Of a stretch of 64,000 bases of DNA, positions 25,376 to 38,144 are shown one piece after another. Position 1 is the stretch's first letter, and the number at the start of each line of letters is the position of its first letter. Source of the stretch: Adineta vaga (Eukaryota; Animalia; Rotifera); assembly GCA_021613535.1 (NCBI GenBank), contig CP075493.1, positions 13,516,001 to 13,580,000 on the forward strand, in the 5' to 3' direction. The notes beneath the pieces were generated by a model. The model did no database searches and had not been told where the DNA came from. It saw only the letters and a list, made by a program, of their open reading frames with translations. The position numbers and the translations under genes are program-made.

Positions 25376-26359
25376 AATTAACGTTACTTTCGTTTCAACG
25401 AACGTTGTATTATAAGAATAGGAATAGTGAAATTCATTGTCGTGAAAAAAAGATTTTTTTTCTAAGAGAAAAAGAGAGTTGATGATAAAGATAATGCTAT
25501 ATGAATTTATTCATCTATACACTTTATTATTTGATAATTAAAGACTATAATTATCACTGGCAATTATAGAATAGAATATATTCATTAGAAAGAAATTCTT
25601 TCCACTGAACAACACAAATATGCTATGTCAAACTTTCTTTTTAAATTCAATCTTCCTATATTTTCTTTCGTTGTTTTTGAAAATTATAAACAGAGTGAAT
25701 CAAAAAATATTCTTTTATACTATTATTATATTTTGCTCTTAGAGTGTCAATATTCTCTTAGAATATAAAAGATGATTTTTTTTTGCTTAAAACATAAGTG
25801 ACATGAAACGTTATATAATTATTAATGATAATCAAAACACACACTCACACCCTTTCTCTGAATGGAACTAGGGAGAAAAAGGAAACATATTGCAAAACTC
25901 AGCTCGTCGAGCTCTACACACTGGGATATATTCTATTAAAAACTGAGACTCGCCCTTGGAGTCCAACCCTCGTTAGTGCATGGCTGCATTTTCATGTTAT
26001 TTTAATGTATAATCATGGTTTGATAAAAAAATCCTGTTCTTTTAGTTGAAATTCGATACAGCTCTCTTCTACGTGAGAGATGAATATGAGGGTTTTATAT
26101 TGTCTCCTACTCTCACCCTCATGCTCACCCACAACTACATGCACACAGAATTTAATGAAGATTTGGTCGTCATGTTAGTACATGCAAGAAACACTATGGC
26201 ATGTACATGTGAGTCACATGCCTTGCATGAATACACAAGAGTATAGCATGTGTGATAAATAAAGACAAACTATATTTTTATATGGAATCAATAATAGTAA
26301 TGTAAATAGAAAAAAGTTAAAAAGTTCATGTTGTGTTAAGTTGAGGGTAAGTTCATTAA

Positions 26360-28173
26360 TTATAATTTCTGTCGATAATCACTGAGTAAATTTTCCATTG
26401 AATCATCGATATTCTTAATCCATGGTTTGCAAATTTCGACAGTTTTTTTGTTTTTTGTATCGACAATGGATTCAAAAGATATATCACGATAATGAAGTAT
26501 ATCAGTTACAAAACTTTCCAAAAATTTTTTCATTAAATGATTACCTTTATCCAAATCGAATTTTGATAAAGATTGATTAACATCATATGCATATAATAAG
26601 GCGAATATATCACGCATATAATCAGTTTGAAAATCAAGCAAAGCAAAGAAATCATTCGGTGCTATAGCTTTTTCTCGTTTTTGCCATTCATTCACATCAA
26701 TCTGCTGTTGATCACGATCAGGCAATTTAGTATGGCCGAGAAAGACATCTCGTACAAGTGCTGCTTGTAAATCAAACAAAGGAAATGAGAAAAATTGTCT
26801 TGGAGCACCTAAATAAGCTAGATGTGGTTGATCAATCCAAAAGATGCTCTTGTAGAGATTCGATGGAACAAACTCAGTTATACTAGCATGTAGATGAAAT
26901 CGTTTGGCCATAAATGGATATGAATGACGATAACCTGTACAAATGATAATCACATTGATATTATCAACAGTCGAATCATCTTTGAAATGAGCTGTTTGAC
27001 TTTCCATACGAACAATCGCTGGTGCGTCTTTTATTTCAGCTGGCCATTTAAAACCAATAGGTTCTCGACGAGAACTAATGGTTACCGATCGAGCACCAAA
27101 CTTATAACATTGTAAGGCAATATCTACTGCAGAAAAGCTACTACCAATAATTAATAAATTAAGACCGACAAATTCATCTGCACCACGAAATTCATGTGAA
27201 TGAAGAACTCGACCCGGAAATTGATCCATCCCATCGATATTCGTCATGTTTGGGACATTATAGTGACCAGTTGCTACAATAACACGATCAAAATTTAGAC
27301 AATCTACTGAACCCGTATGAAGATCTTCAATATTAACATTAAATTCATTTTTTTCATCATTAAAATCAACATGACGAACAGCTGTATTGAAACGAATGAA
27401 TCGTCGAATATTTCCTGCTTTGGCTCTCCCAGTGAAATAATCGTAGATAAGGCTACGCGGTAAGTATGATGGAAGGAAGCAACCAAAGTGATCATAGAAT
27501 GTATAATCAGTAAATTCAATAGCTTCTTTCGGATTGTTAGACCAAAGTCTAGATAGAATAAGAAAAGAAATAAATTTCAGCGAATAGACTTTTGCGAATG
27601 TCTAAAATAGATTACCCCAGAAAATCGACAAACTACAGATTTATCTCTGTGTATCACAAATTATTTACTTTCACTAAGGCAACGATTTCAAAGAACGATG
27701 AATATGTTATTTTAGATACTTTAAGGAGACGTCCGAGAAAATATTACATGACAATGTGTCAGAAGACAATCGATTAGAAGAGTACTAAACAATAGGAATA
27801 ATGTAGTCGATATAGGTTTTATCTTCTGGAACTGACAACCATAAGTGCCAGAAATTGTTTAGTATATCAGTTAATTAGATCATTCTTATTAGAAAAAAAT
27901 CTATATTCACACTGAAAAATAAACAAAAATACAATAGATTTTATTGCAAGTTCATAGATGATATACTTACTGTCGATACATGCTCGAATGAATTGGTTCA
28001 CCATAAACATCTGTGCCTATCAAAGATGTATAAAGCCATAAACCACCCCAATCTGATTGTCTTTCGAAACAGACAAGTTCAACTTGTTGTTCTTGTTCAG
28101 CTTGTTTGAATGCTAACAATTGTGAAAGACCACATGGACCAGCACCAATAATTGCAATGCGTAATTTACTCAT
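26360..28173 (-). CDS. Flavin-containing monooxygenase, bacterial trimethylamine-monooxygenase-like; intron 27970-27549
   Basis: [42 protein letters not shown] signature [27 protein letters not shown]. Exons join in frame with no stops. Confidence 0.9.
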
Positions 28174-28646
28174 TATATCGGTATAAGAATGATCGAAATA
28201 CAAGTATTAACTTCCCTAAAAGAATAATGTAGAAAAGTTAATAGAAGAATCACCTTTTATTTATAATAAGTTTTTAATATTTTTATCTTTTCTTTTCATA
28301 CAAAGTAAGATACATGAGGTGATCAACCGAAACAAATCGAACGAGTAGTGTGATTGGATTATTTTTTATATCTGTCTATTATGATATATTTCGTCTGATC
28401 ATGACATCTATTTTTGTGTTCATTTCTTTCTTATTTCTCTCTAGCCTTTGTTATTTTCTTTTATACGTATATTCAACGAATGTCTTGAATCGCTTTCTTA
28501 GAAGGAAATCATTTTAGCGACAGAAAGCTGGCTGGCAACATGAAAGCGAAAAAAACGTTCAATTATCGCATTTGCGAACAATCGATCTCTAACTATTATT
28601 AACTTTGGCTCTATTAGTGTTACGTTTTAACAAATAAAGCAAAAAC

Positions 28647-28705
28647 TTGAGGAGGGTGTGGGTGTTGGATAGATGTAACACTCTCATCCACACCCACACC
28701 CTCAA
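28647..28705. repeat. Inverted repeat with telomere-like arms
   Basis: GAGGGTGTGGGTGT (28652-28665) and ACACCCACACCCTC (28690-28703) are perfect 14-bp reverse complements. Confidence 0.85.
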
Positions 28706-28928
28706 TGGAGACAATATTTTAGATATTGTTGTCTGTAACTATGGTGACAGTACTGTAAGTATCCTTCTCGGATACAGCAATAGATCTTTTAGCACACAAA
28801 AGACATATTCTACTGGTACTCTACCATCTTCTTTTCTTCCTGGTGACTTTAACAATGATAAAATGTTAGATTTTGCAGTGGCTTATGAAGGTACCGACAA
28901 TTTAAAAGTTTTCCTGCAAACTTGTTAG
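28701..28928 (+). pseudogene. Orphan 3' fragment of an FG-GAP/VCBS-repeat protein
   Basis: LNGDNILDIVVCNYGDSTVSILLG and GDFNNDKMLDFAVA repeats ending FLQTC*. No ATG or upstream exons seen; the 5' side abuts a telomere-like inverted repeat. Confidence 0.65.
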
Positions 28929-29561
28929 TAATCATTACTAACAAGTTTGGGGGAAGATCAAAAAGAATAAGATTCAATTAATTTTTAACGAAAGAGCATT
29001 TTATTGTTGATGATTATCATAAATCTAAAAATTAAATTAAGATTATAATGATAATAAGAAGGTGTTCAAAATATTGAGATAAAAAATCTAGAAAACCCAG
29101 TGAACTTGAAGAAAATAACAAACAAAAAATGTCATGATTCGTAGAATTACTATTTATACCAACAAAAAGGTTGTTCAAGTCTTGTTTCCTCTATATTTAA
29201 ACGTTTTATCCAAGTATTATTTAATATTTCTTTCTTTTGAATATAGAAGACAAAAAAAGAAAGTCTTCTACTTTTATAGCAATGGTATAAATCTAAAAGA
29301 AATGTTCAAAATTTGTTCTTTTTTATTTTCAATAAAACGTACTAAAAAAACATTTTATCAAGCAGATTTATTTTTCTTAATATTATTTTGTATCAAAGGG
29401 ACATTCTTCCGCAATTTTTTTATAATGAAAAAAGATTATGTCGCTGCTTTCTAATTATAAAAAATCTAAGAGACTTATTTTATTAGATGAAATTCTACAA
29501 ATACTACTTGAACAATCTTTACACATTTTTCTTTTCGATAAAATTCACAACATTCAGTATC

Positions 29562-30662
29562 ATGTCAACTGTCAACAGTACTTTAATTGAAAGATTAGGG
29601 ATTGCTACATATTGGATAAATGAAATTTATCCATTATTTCAAATCATTCTTGGAACATTTGGAAATCTATTCAATATTATTATATTTACTCGTCGTGATT
29701 TGCGTAATAATCCATGTTCATTGTATTTTTTAATTGGTTCAATTAATAATTGTTTTGTAATTGATTTCGGTTTATTAACACGTTATCTTGCAAGTACTTG
29801 GAATTGGGATCCATCGACAAAAAATAATATCTTTTGTAAAATTCGTAATCTTTTTGTCTATGCTCCTTTGACTCTTTCTCTATGGTTCGTTGTTCTCGCC
29901 AGTTTTGATCGTTTTCTTACAAGTTCACCGATTGTACGACTTCGTCAACTGAGTCATTTATCCGTAGCTCGAAAAGCGATTATAACAACAACTCTATTGA
30001 TTTTTTTGAGTTATTCACATGTACCAATCTATTTCAAAACAGTTCTAACTCCAAAAGGAATGAATTGTTTATTTTCTCCATATGAATACATTCTATTTTT
30101 AAGTTTTTTTGGTCCGATTTTATCTTGTATCTTACCAATTATGTTAATGAGTATATTTGGTATTTTAACAATTGTCAATGTTCGTAGTATTCGTGGACAA
30201 ACTGATGTCAATGTTAACAGTGCCCGCATTCAACGTTTACGTTCTCATGATCGTCAATTATCTATCATGCTTCTATTTCAAGTAATCATAACAATTGTTA
30301 TTTCAATACCTTATTTTGCTCTTGCGATTTATAACGCAATTGCTATAGTGATGTTTCAATATAATTTTTCATCGTCTGAAATGGCGATTTACAATTTTGC
30401 ATATAATCTTTTTCGATTACTTTACTTTACAAATCCTGTTCTTACTTTTTATATTTATACAATGACTGGTCCAAAGTTTCGTAATGAAATGAAACGTTGT
30501 GTTCGATATGGTTTGAAAACCATCATAGGAATTCTAGGTTTAAGACGATGTTTACCACTACGAGCGCAACAAATATTATTTGGTGAGAATCAAAATATAC
30601 AGACAAATAATGTACTTTTATCAAGAACTAAAAAACGAGACAATATTATTGTTCCTATTTAA
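29562..30662 (+). CDS. Orphan rhodopsin-like 7TM receptor, intronless
   Basis: Seven hydrophobic segments; GTFGNLFN, LRNNPCSLYF, FCKIR, LASFDRF, DRQL, FYIYT..G.KFR. Confidence 0.85.
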   Translation: MSTVNSTLIERLGIATYWINEIYPLFQIILGTFGNLFNIIIFTRRDLRNNPCSLYFLIGSINNCFVIDFGLLTRYLASTWNWDPSTKNNIFCKIRNLFVYAPLTLSLWFVVLASFDRFLTSSPIVRLRQLSHLSVARKAIITTTLLIFLSYSHVPIYFKTVLTPKGMNCLFSPYEYILFLSFFGPILSCILPIMLMSIFGILTIVNVRSIRGQTDVNVNSARIQRLRSHDRQLSIMLLFQVIITIVISIPYFALAIYNAIAIVMFQYNFSSSEMAIYNFAYNLFRLLYFTNPVLTFYIYTMTGPKFRNEMKRCVRYGLKTIIGILGLRRCLPLRAQQILFGENQNIQTNNVLLSRTKKRDNIIVPI

Positions 30663-31657
30663 TAAAAATATAATAACAAACATACCATTGATTGTATAGA
30701 TAGATTGAAGACATTTTTTTTTTTGATTTTGTTATCTTAATCTTCTTATATGTTGTTTATTAAAGCTTATAATCTTCATAGTGTTCGACGACGATGTCTT
30801 GACTTCAACTATATTCACTGTTTACCCTTATCCAACAACATAATTATCATTATTCATTACCTTGATATTATAGTTAATGAAAAGAAAAACCTCACAGAAA
30901 ATTCCCGGAATGCATAGAAAATATTTAATATAATAATATTTCTTTCATCAAATAATCGAACGTTATATCTGAGAGCATTTCATTCAATATCTATGTTTTT
31001 TCTATGTTATCCATTTGATTAGCATGTAGATTTTGTAGAATATGTTTATACATCAACCATTTCAACTCCTTCCTACAAATTTTTTAGATATTTTATTAGC
31101 TGCGTATTACAAATGAAAAATTCAGTAAGAAATCGAGCTGCTTACTTTACTGTCAGCTCGTCTGCTTTTTATATTTTTATATTAAAATTGTTTACATTCC
31201 TAGTCTTTGTTAAACAGAAGCAAACGTTTCATTTCATCAAGACTTATTAATGACTGTCAAACATTAAAAAAAAGGTCATTCAGTAAAGGTGTATTTGTCT
31301 GTTGAATTAATTATTCTAAGGTTTGCGGAATATTTATTTAAATGTCATAAAAACTCCTCTTAATATCACATCTCAAAAAGTTTAAAAATCACTTCCTACT
31401 TTTCTATGGTCTTAAAAGCTAAAAGTGCACTAATCTAGATTCCAATTTGTTTTAGTTTCGCATTTTTAATCTTTTATAGATAGTTCTAAAACTGTTTTGC
31501 TTAAAAGAAGTATTTGAATGCATTTGTATTTTAATATAGTTGAAAAATGATCTTGTTTTATATTTGGAAAGTCTAATTGATACCCTTGGCATGCTCTTTT
31601 CTTTACTATAAATGATAGTGGCATTTAATGAAACTTCATTCTTTATAGATTTTCATC

Positions 31658-32671
31658 ATGTCTCTGTTATATATTGGACAGCAAATAACAATTTATGGTG
31701 GTTTAACGCTTTTGATCACTGGTGTTATTGGTAATGGAATGAATATTTTAATATTTTTAAGTGTTCGTACTTATCGTAAAACTCCTTGTACATTTTATTT
31801 TCTTGTTATTTCAATCACTAATATACTTTTTCTTTTCATTAATCTTACATCTCGAATTGTTAGTACAGGTTTTTCCATTGATTTAACTCGTACATCAATA
31901 ATTTGGTGTAAAACACGATATTATCTTATCGGTGTTCTCAGTTTAGTTTCTTTTACTTGTTCATGTTTGGCAACAATTGATCAGTTTTTTGTGACATCAC
32001 AAAATGTTAATCTTCGTCGTCTTAGTAACATTAAATGGACACATCGAATCGTATTTATAACAATAATCGTATCTCTTTGTCATTCAATTCCTTATCTAAT
32101 ATATCTTGATGTCTCATCAGTTACCAATACTTGTATAGTTACAAATAATATTTATAGTGGTTATCTTTCTTTCTATACGCTTGGTTGGACAGGTATAATT
32201 CCAGTTACAATAATGATTATATTTGGATATTTATCTTATCGTAATATACATTTAACAAGAATACTTATTCGACAATCTGCTGATCGTCAATTAACACGAA
32301 TGACATTGATTCATGTCATTCTTGTTGTTTTAACAATGCCTCCATATGGTATTCAAGTGGCTTATAATTTAATTACATCACAAATAAGTAAAGATACAAA
32401 TCGACTAATGAAAGAATCATTTGCAATGACTATTTTTACACTCTTAACCTATCTCTATTATACCGTATGTTAATTAATTTAGTCAACTTGAATTTACCTT
32501 TTCTTTCGGTTATCATTTTAGGGAAGTTGTTACACATTTCTAATTTCATCCAGTCGTTTTCGTCGTGCAGTTAAACAACATGTGTTTTTTTGGAAGAGAA
32601 ATGCTCAAGTAGCTGCATTGACACATCCCATACTTCCAAGGACCATAGTTGGTAACCGAACACAACAATAA
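31658..32671 (+). CDS. Orphan rhodopsin-like 7TM receptor; intron 32465-32521
   Basis: GVIGNGMN, YRKTPCTFYF, WCKTR, LATIDQF, DRQL; last exon GSCYTFLISSSRFRRAV...* in frame. Confidence 0.85.
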
Positions 32672-33053
32672 TCAAACAAACATATTACAATACCTTGAAC
32701 ATAGACTCCAGTTTGTTTTCACATTGTATCACAAAATTCTGTTAAGCCAATAATGTCGCGAGAGTATATGTATTTGTCTTTAGAATTCTTCATCACATTG
32801 AAGATTATTCACAGAATGTTTTCGTCTATCTTTTGATTGCTTTATTAAATTCATTTTTGTACGTAAGTTTTCGATGGTAAAACAAAAACAAGCAATGTCA
32901 ACATTGATGGTACAAGAGAAACAAAATAATCAAATAGATATATCCCATAGCGTACGTAATGATCTTATACAATCAGAAGTAATTGAAATAAGTAAACGTG
33001 ATAAACTTAATAAAAATAATAAACATAGCGCAATTAAAATATGTTTAGGGTGT

Positions 33054-33092
33054 GGGTGAGGGTTTACATCTTATTCTTACAAACCCTCACCC
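33054..33092. repeat. Telomere-like hairpin element, copy A
   Basis: GGGTGAGGGTTT / AAACCCTCACCC perfect 12-bp arms with a 15-nt loop; 36 of 37 nt identical to 36430-36466. Confidence 0.9.
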
Positions 33093-33348
33093 TCTACGGT
33101 GAGAAGTTCTCACTGAGAACAAAGAATTCTCGACTTTGGGCTTATATGTGGAGTATATGTGTGTGAAAGCAGACAAATAAGAAGTTCCAGCTGAATAGTA
33201 ATCATCCTTATAGATGATCTTACCCTCATTCTGGAGTTTAGTTTGTATGACTGTTTATGGATAAATATATTTATTTAGTGAATAATCTCGATTAAATAAT
33301 TATAGAGATAAATGTCAAGTTAAAAAAATAAACTCAATATTCTTTCAT

Positions 33349-35610
33349 TTATTTTATACTATTGGTTGTTTCGCTTGATAAACGTAATTCAAAATTGCCA
33401 TAGGCACATCTCTGATGGCGAATAACGACGCGATGATTACCTCTCAATAGACGATAACTGAGAACAGCTGCAAAACAATTTAGATGATCAACACTATTGC
33501 CATCATCATTTTGAGCTACTGGTGAATTAATGTTTGTTTCTGGTGTAAATAATTCTAGAAAAGGATCAGCCGTGCCAGATATTTTCCAAGTTGAACAAGG
33601 AGCCCAAGTATTAGCAGCAATGGTCACATCGGCAAAAGTTGTATTCACCGTAAAACAAAACGTATAATTTGGCTGAAGCGTACTAGTTAGTAGTTTGAGT
33701 GAAGTACCGAATGGTAACCATTGAGGACAAATTTGATTGGGAATGATGTTGGTAATGGTGCTCGTTGTTGTTGATGAAGTTGACGATGAAGTTGTAGTCA
33801 CTGATACAGTGGTCGATTGTTTTGTGGTTGTTTTCTTTGTCGAACCAGTAGTAATAATGGGTCTTTGCGATGAACTACTCATTGGTGCAATCCAAAACTC
33901 CCAGAAGTTCTTATCCTTCATAGGTGCCGATTCGATCCCACATGACTGATTGATTGATACTACACCACTGTCAAATAAAATATAATAGTGAACACCCTAA
34001 AAAGGTGTGTAAAAAACAGAAATTTTAAAATGGAGTTAAATATCGACTCTTACATCCTCCCAAATAGTACTGCTTGTATTAATGAAAATGTGTCGCGTCT
34101 GATAAGTAACATCTGTAACTGTATTAACACGCAGTACTTCTTGATCTATACCACCGTTCATCCGTTTGAAATATCGGATGTAAGCTACTGTCTGTGAGGT
34201 GGTACTATGTTTCGATCAGTGGAGATGGACCACAAAGCTTGATTTCGTAAGACTAAACCCTTGGGTGTCATTGATCCATTAATAAATTGAGGTGCTCCTA
34301 CATCGACCTGGAATGTATAACAGACTTGCTGTCCATTTTGACCTATGGAATCGACTGGAGTGAAACACAGTTGATGAATACCATACTGCTCTGGTAGAGG
34401 AGTCCATTCAATAAACATAATGTATGTGTCATTATTATTCAGATCCACTGTGATTGGACTTTTGATCATACCAGATGGTGAAACAGTAAGAATATCTGTA
34501 ATCGTAGTACTTGATTCATTACATGGAACTTTCACCACAATTCGTTCTGTGATCGTTGTATTTGAGGCCACACCGATGCAAGCACCGTGATGTCGATCAC
34601 CAACATATACAGGAGGAACTGTACATGCCTGTAGAATTGGAGAACCGGTATAGTTTAGATCTGGCAATACAGTGACTTGAGTTTGATCCACAATACGAAT
34701 CAGAAATTGAAGAGGAATAGATGACAAAGTTTCATTCGTTATTGGATCATAATCTTCAATTACGAGTGCAATACCTTCATAGCCAAGAGTTGTTGCTTCA
34801 TAAGTCAATTGGCAAGGAAATGCTTGAAGTTGACCTTTAGGTACACAAATACTGCCACATTCTTGTGTCGTGTTACCCCACCGACATCGAAGAGCATCAC
34901 CATCGGTATCTGCCATTGGAATAGGAATGGTATGGGTACGACCAAGTTGTACCTGAACAACTGGATTGGATGCAGTTTTAGGGGAATTATTGAGTCTATG
35001 AAAAGAATCAGATTTGTTATCAAAAAAAGAATTATATTATCAACAAACTTACTTTCCATTGCGGCGTGTATGCGTATCGACAACGAGTGCTAAGGACCAA
35101 CTACCACTGCCTTCTAATAAAGATATCCAGCAACAGCTTTGAACTGCATAAGTGAATCGAACATCTCTAGGTACAATAACATCAACAGAGCCTTCTCCAC
35201 TACTGTAATCAAAGTCATCGTTGAAGTCAGTGCATGGTACATTTGTACTAAATGTTGGAATTGTGTAGACACTTCCATTTGATGAAATTCCTGAGCAATC
35301 TCCTAGACATGTTACGGACCCATCACCAATCATCCCTCCTGTGGCTATAGTTGTTTGATTGCAGAATGTATTCGACGAATAAGTCTTGCGATATGAATGC
35401 CGTTGTGTAATACGAACGAGAACTGTAGATGAAGATCCATTAGTTGTATTTTCATGAATACTCCATGACAATGACCCACCACTAAAACGATAGAATATAA
35501 TAAAATGAATCTAAAGACTGGGAGAACAATGATCTTTCTTACCGGTAGTGAGATGCATTTGTCAATACTATTCCAAGTAGAAAGATGATTACTAATTGAT
35601 TGGCCCCCAT
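33349..35610 (-). CDS. Secreted multidomain protein (SHYRGG N-terminus, Ig-like region, Thr-rich linker, PPC-like C-terminal domain); apparent 1-nt frameshift at ~34197
   Basis: Exons 35610-35543, 35481-35053, 34995-34054, 33996-33349. Signal peptide; D.DGD.LRCRW; DPFLELF..VAQNDDG (pre-peptidase C-terminal-like). The reading frame and the next GTAAG donor phase only fit if one base is restored near 34197. Confidence 0.65.
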
Positions 35611-36429
35611 TTACTATTTTATATGCATTTTTTGGCAGAACATCTTCGTCCTTATATACAGATGATGATTCATATGCGTGAATTTGAGGATAGTCATAAA
35701 ATGCTGGTTGGAAAACGGAACTGTCACTGAATTGTTAATAAACTGAAAAAGAAGAACAGTAAAGCCATCAATAGCTTTATTACAAGTAATGAAATCATCG
35801 TTTTCATTCTCTAACTTCGTCTCAAGTATTTAGATATACCTTTACTGCACACTTATCATAGTCTTATATGATTCTTTACATTTGAAAAGTTACAAGAGAT
35901 GATATAAAAAATTCGAAGCTCCAATCCAACAAACAGTAAAATCAATATAAACCATCTAAGAATGTTCAGGATATCACCATGAATATCCAGTGTTTTGTAT
36001 TTTTTATTAATTAAAGGTAAGAATAAATGTGGCTTTCGATTATGATGCACATTCAACTTATAGACACATAATTCAACACTAATTTTCTTTCTTATTCTGT
36101 ACTGAATTCATATGTTAAACTGAAAGACAGGAAAGGACAAATAGTAGTATGATTATTTGAACTTTGTCGAAGTATGTACGATCACATAAAAGATGAAATG
36201 GAACGAAGATTGGTCATATAGCTGATAAGGTGTAGAAAGTATGAAAACACTATAATAGATTTGTTTCATTGCAAATATCTTTAATACCAAAAGGGTATTT
36301 TCGTAGAAACTGAAAAATGTCAAGAACAACACTTTGTTTTGAACAAAGACAAACATGTTCACTTTGTTTGAGAAAGGCATAAAAAAGTATGACGAGTCAC
36401 TCTAGTCAATTCAATACTTGTGTGATGGT

Positions 36430-36466
36430 GTGAGGGTTTACATATTATTCTTACAAACCCTCACCC
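36430..36466. repeat. Telomere-like hairpin element, copy B
   Basis: GTGAGGGTTT-ACATATTATTCTTAC-AAACCCTCAC(CC), same orientation as copy A. Confidence 0.9.
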
Positions 36467-36595
36467 ACATCCATCGCGCCCATTGGTTTATTTAATAGAA
36501 AGAAAGAAAAAAGAAATTTGCCAAAACATGAAAACTATACGTTCTTTATTTGAAACATCCTGAGTACATGAATGTGGATGGACGATGCAATTCGT

Positions 36596-37783
36596 TTAAT
36601 TCTCATCCTCACCCTCATTTTCATTCCCGCCCTCACTTTCATCCTCATTCGCTAAGCACTTGTACACTTCAACATCTTCAACCATAAAATTCTGTTCTCC
36701 AGCGAAAAGTGTTTCACCTTTTCCGGTGGTATCAATATACCTGGACGGAAATGAAGATTCCGAGTCAATATTCTTGTTAGCGTTATCAGATATAGAAATA
36801 TCCATGAAATGTACTTCATCTTTCACTACTCCACCAAAATAGCCACCAATTTGTTTTGAATGACCAGCAGCGTTAGTTCCCAAACGGTTCACAAAAAATT
36901 TAGTTGGTCGTATATTATGTGGATTTCTCAGAGTAAACAAAAATGCAGTTGAATCCTTCTTATATTTGTTATCAGAAGTCCAAGGTATTGTTGTGTAACC
37001 TCCAAATAGATAATTCCCATTTTTACTTTGTATAATAGTCATTGTAGGACCTTTATCATCTGAACAACGATGGAAGTCGTCTGCACGAAAGCCATCTTTT
37101 TTTGCCTTGTAAATTAATTCCCACTTTTGTTTCGGATTACCATAGAAATCATTCAATCTCATTTGATAATCAGCACAGAGAAGTGTACCTCCATGCATGT
37201 AATTATTTCCTGTGGAATGAACGAGAATCAAATCGTAATCAATTGAAAATGGTTTAATATCACAATAAACAAGACGGGTGTGTGTTTTATTAACATTTTC
37301 TTCTAGCTCACGCAATCTTCGTTTTAATATGTTCAATTCTTCAAATGTCACATCATTTTCATTAATAAAAGATGCTGTTTCGTTTTTTAATGTGTTAACT
37401 GTTTCCAAATGATCAATTGTCTGCTGTGCAAAGACTTCTTCATTATCATCCAATAAAAGATCGAGGTTTTGTTTTTTTAATTCATATAAGTCATTAATTT
37501 GTTTGATAGCTTCATCACGCCATTGTGTTAATTGATCAAATATGTTTTGCTTATATCCTTTTACGGTAAAAGAGTTAATCTTTTCATTCAATTCATTGAT
37601 ATTATCGGCTAATGGATTGAGTTTCTGCACGATTTGATCTGCGTGTTCATCGAAATGACGTCGACAGACATTTTTACTGCAGTGACGACATAATGTAGCT
37701 GACATACGTTGACAACTTTCAATCTCACATGGTTTCAATGGAGCGTCATTCGCTACAGAAGTTGTTGTCTTAAACGAAAACAT
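36596..37783 (-). CDS. B-box-like zinc finger, coiled coil and TLDc domain protein (true 5' end uncertain)
   Basis: C..C...LC.HC...VC..HF.EH; WELIYKA..DGF.A.DFH..SD.KGPTMTII, LFGGYT, FLFTL, F.VEDVEVY TLDc motifs; acidic tail. Confidence 0.8.
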   Translation of the reverse strand: MFSFKTTTSVANDAPLKPCEIESCQRMSATLCRHCSKNVCRRHFDEHADQIVQKLNPLADNINELNEKINSFTVKGYKQNIFDQLTQWRDEAIKQINDLYELKKQNLDLLLDDNEEVFAQQTIDHLETVNTLKNETASFINENDVTFEELNILKRRLRELEENVNKTHTRLVYCDIKPFSIDYDLILVHSTGNNYMHGGTLLCADYQMRLNDFYGNPKQKWELIYKAKKDGFRADDFHRCSDDKGPTMTIIQSKNGNYLFGGYTTIPWTSDNKYKKDSTAFLFTLRNPHNIRPTKFFVNRLGTNAAGHSKQIGGYFGGVVKDEVHFMDISISDNANKNIDSESSFPSRYIDTTGKGETLFAGEQNFMVEDVEVYKCLANEDESEGGNENEGEDEN

Positions 37784-38144
37784 AATTTATGTTATAGGAG
37801 AGAATAAAATAATCACAGCACAAAACTAACGTTTTTTCCCAGTTTATTAACAACAAAATTGTCGAAGCGCCATGGTTTCTCTTGGTATTATAGCAAGAAC
37901 AGGAAAAAAAGAAAGTCGATCGTTTAGATTGAGTTACCTGTATCGCACCAACCAATGAATACGAGAAAGATGTCCTCTTTTTTTTGTATTGGAAGTTGAA
38001 AACCTCAATATAATTCTATAAAAGAGTTATGACCTTCATAATCAGAGAAATTTAGATCATGATATCCTTTTTCTAAATGATTTCATATTTATTAAGCATA
38101 CAAAGTATGTTGTAAAATATAAACGAATATTTTTTCTGCCGTTT

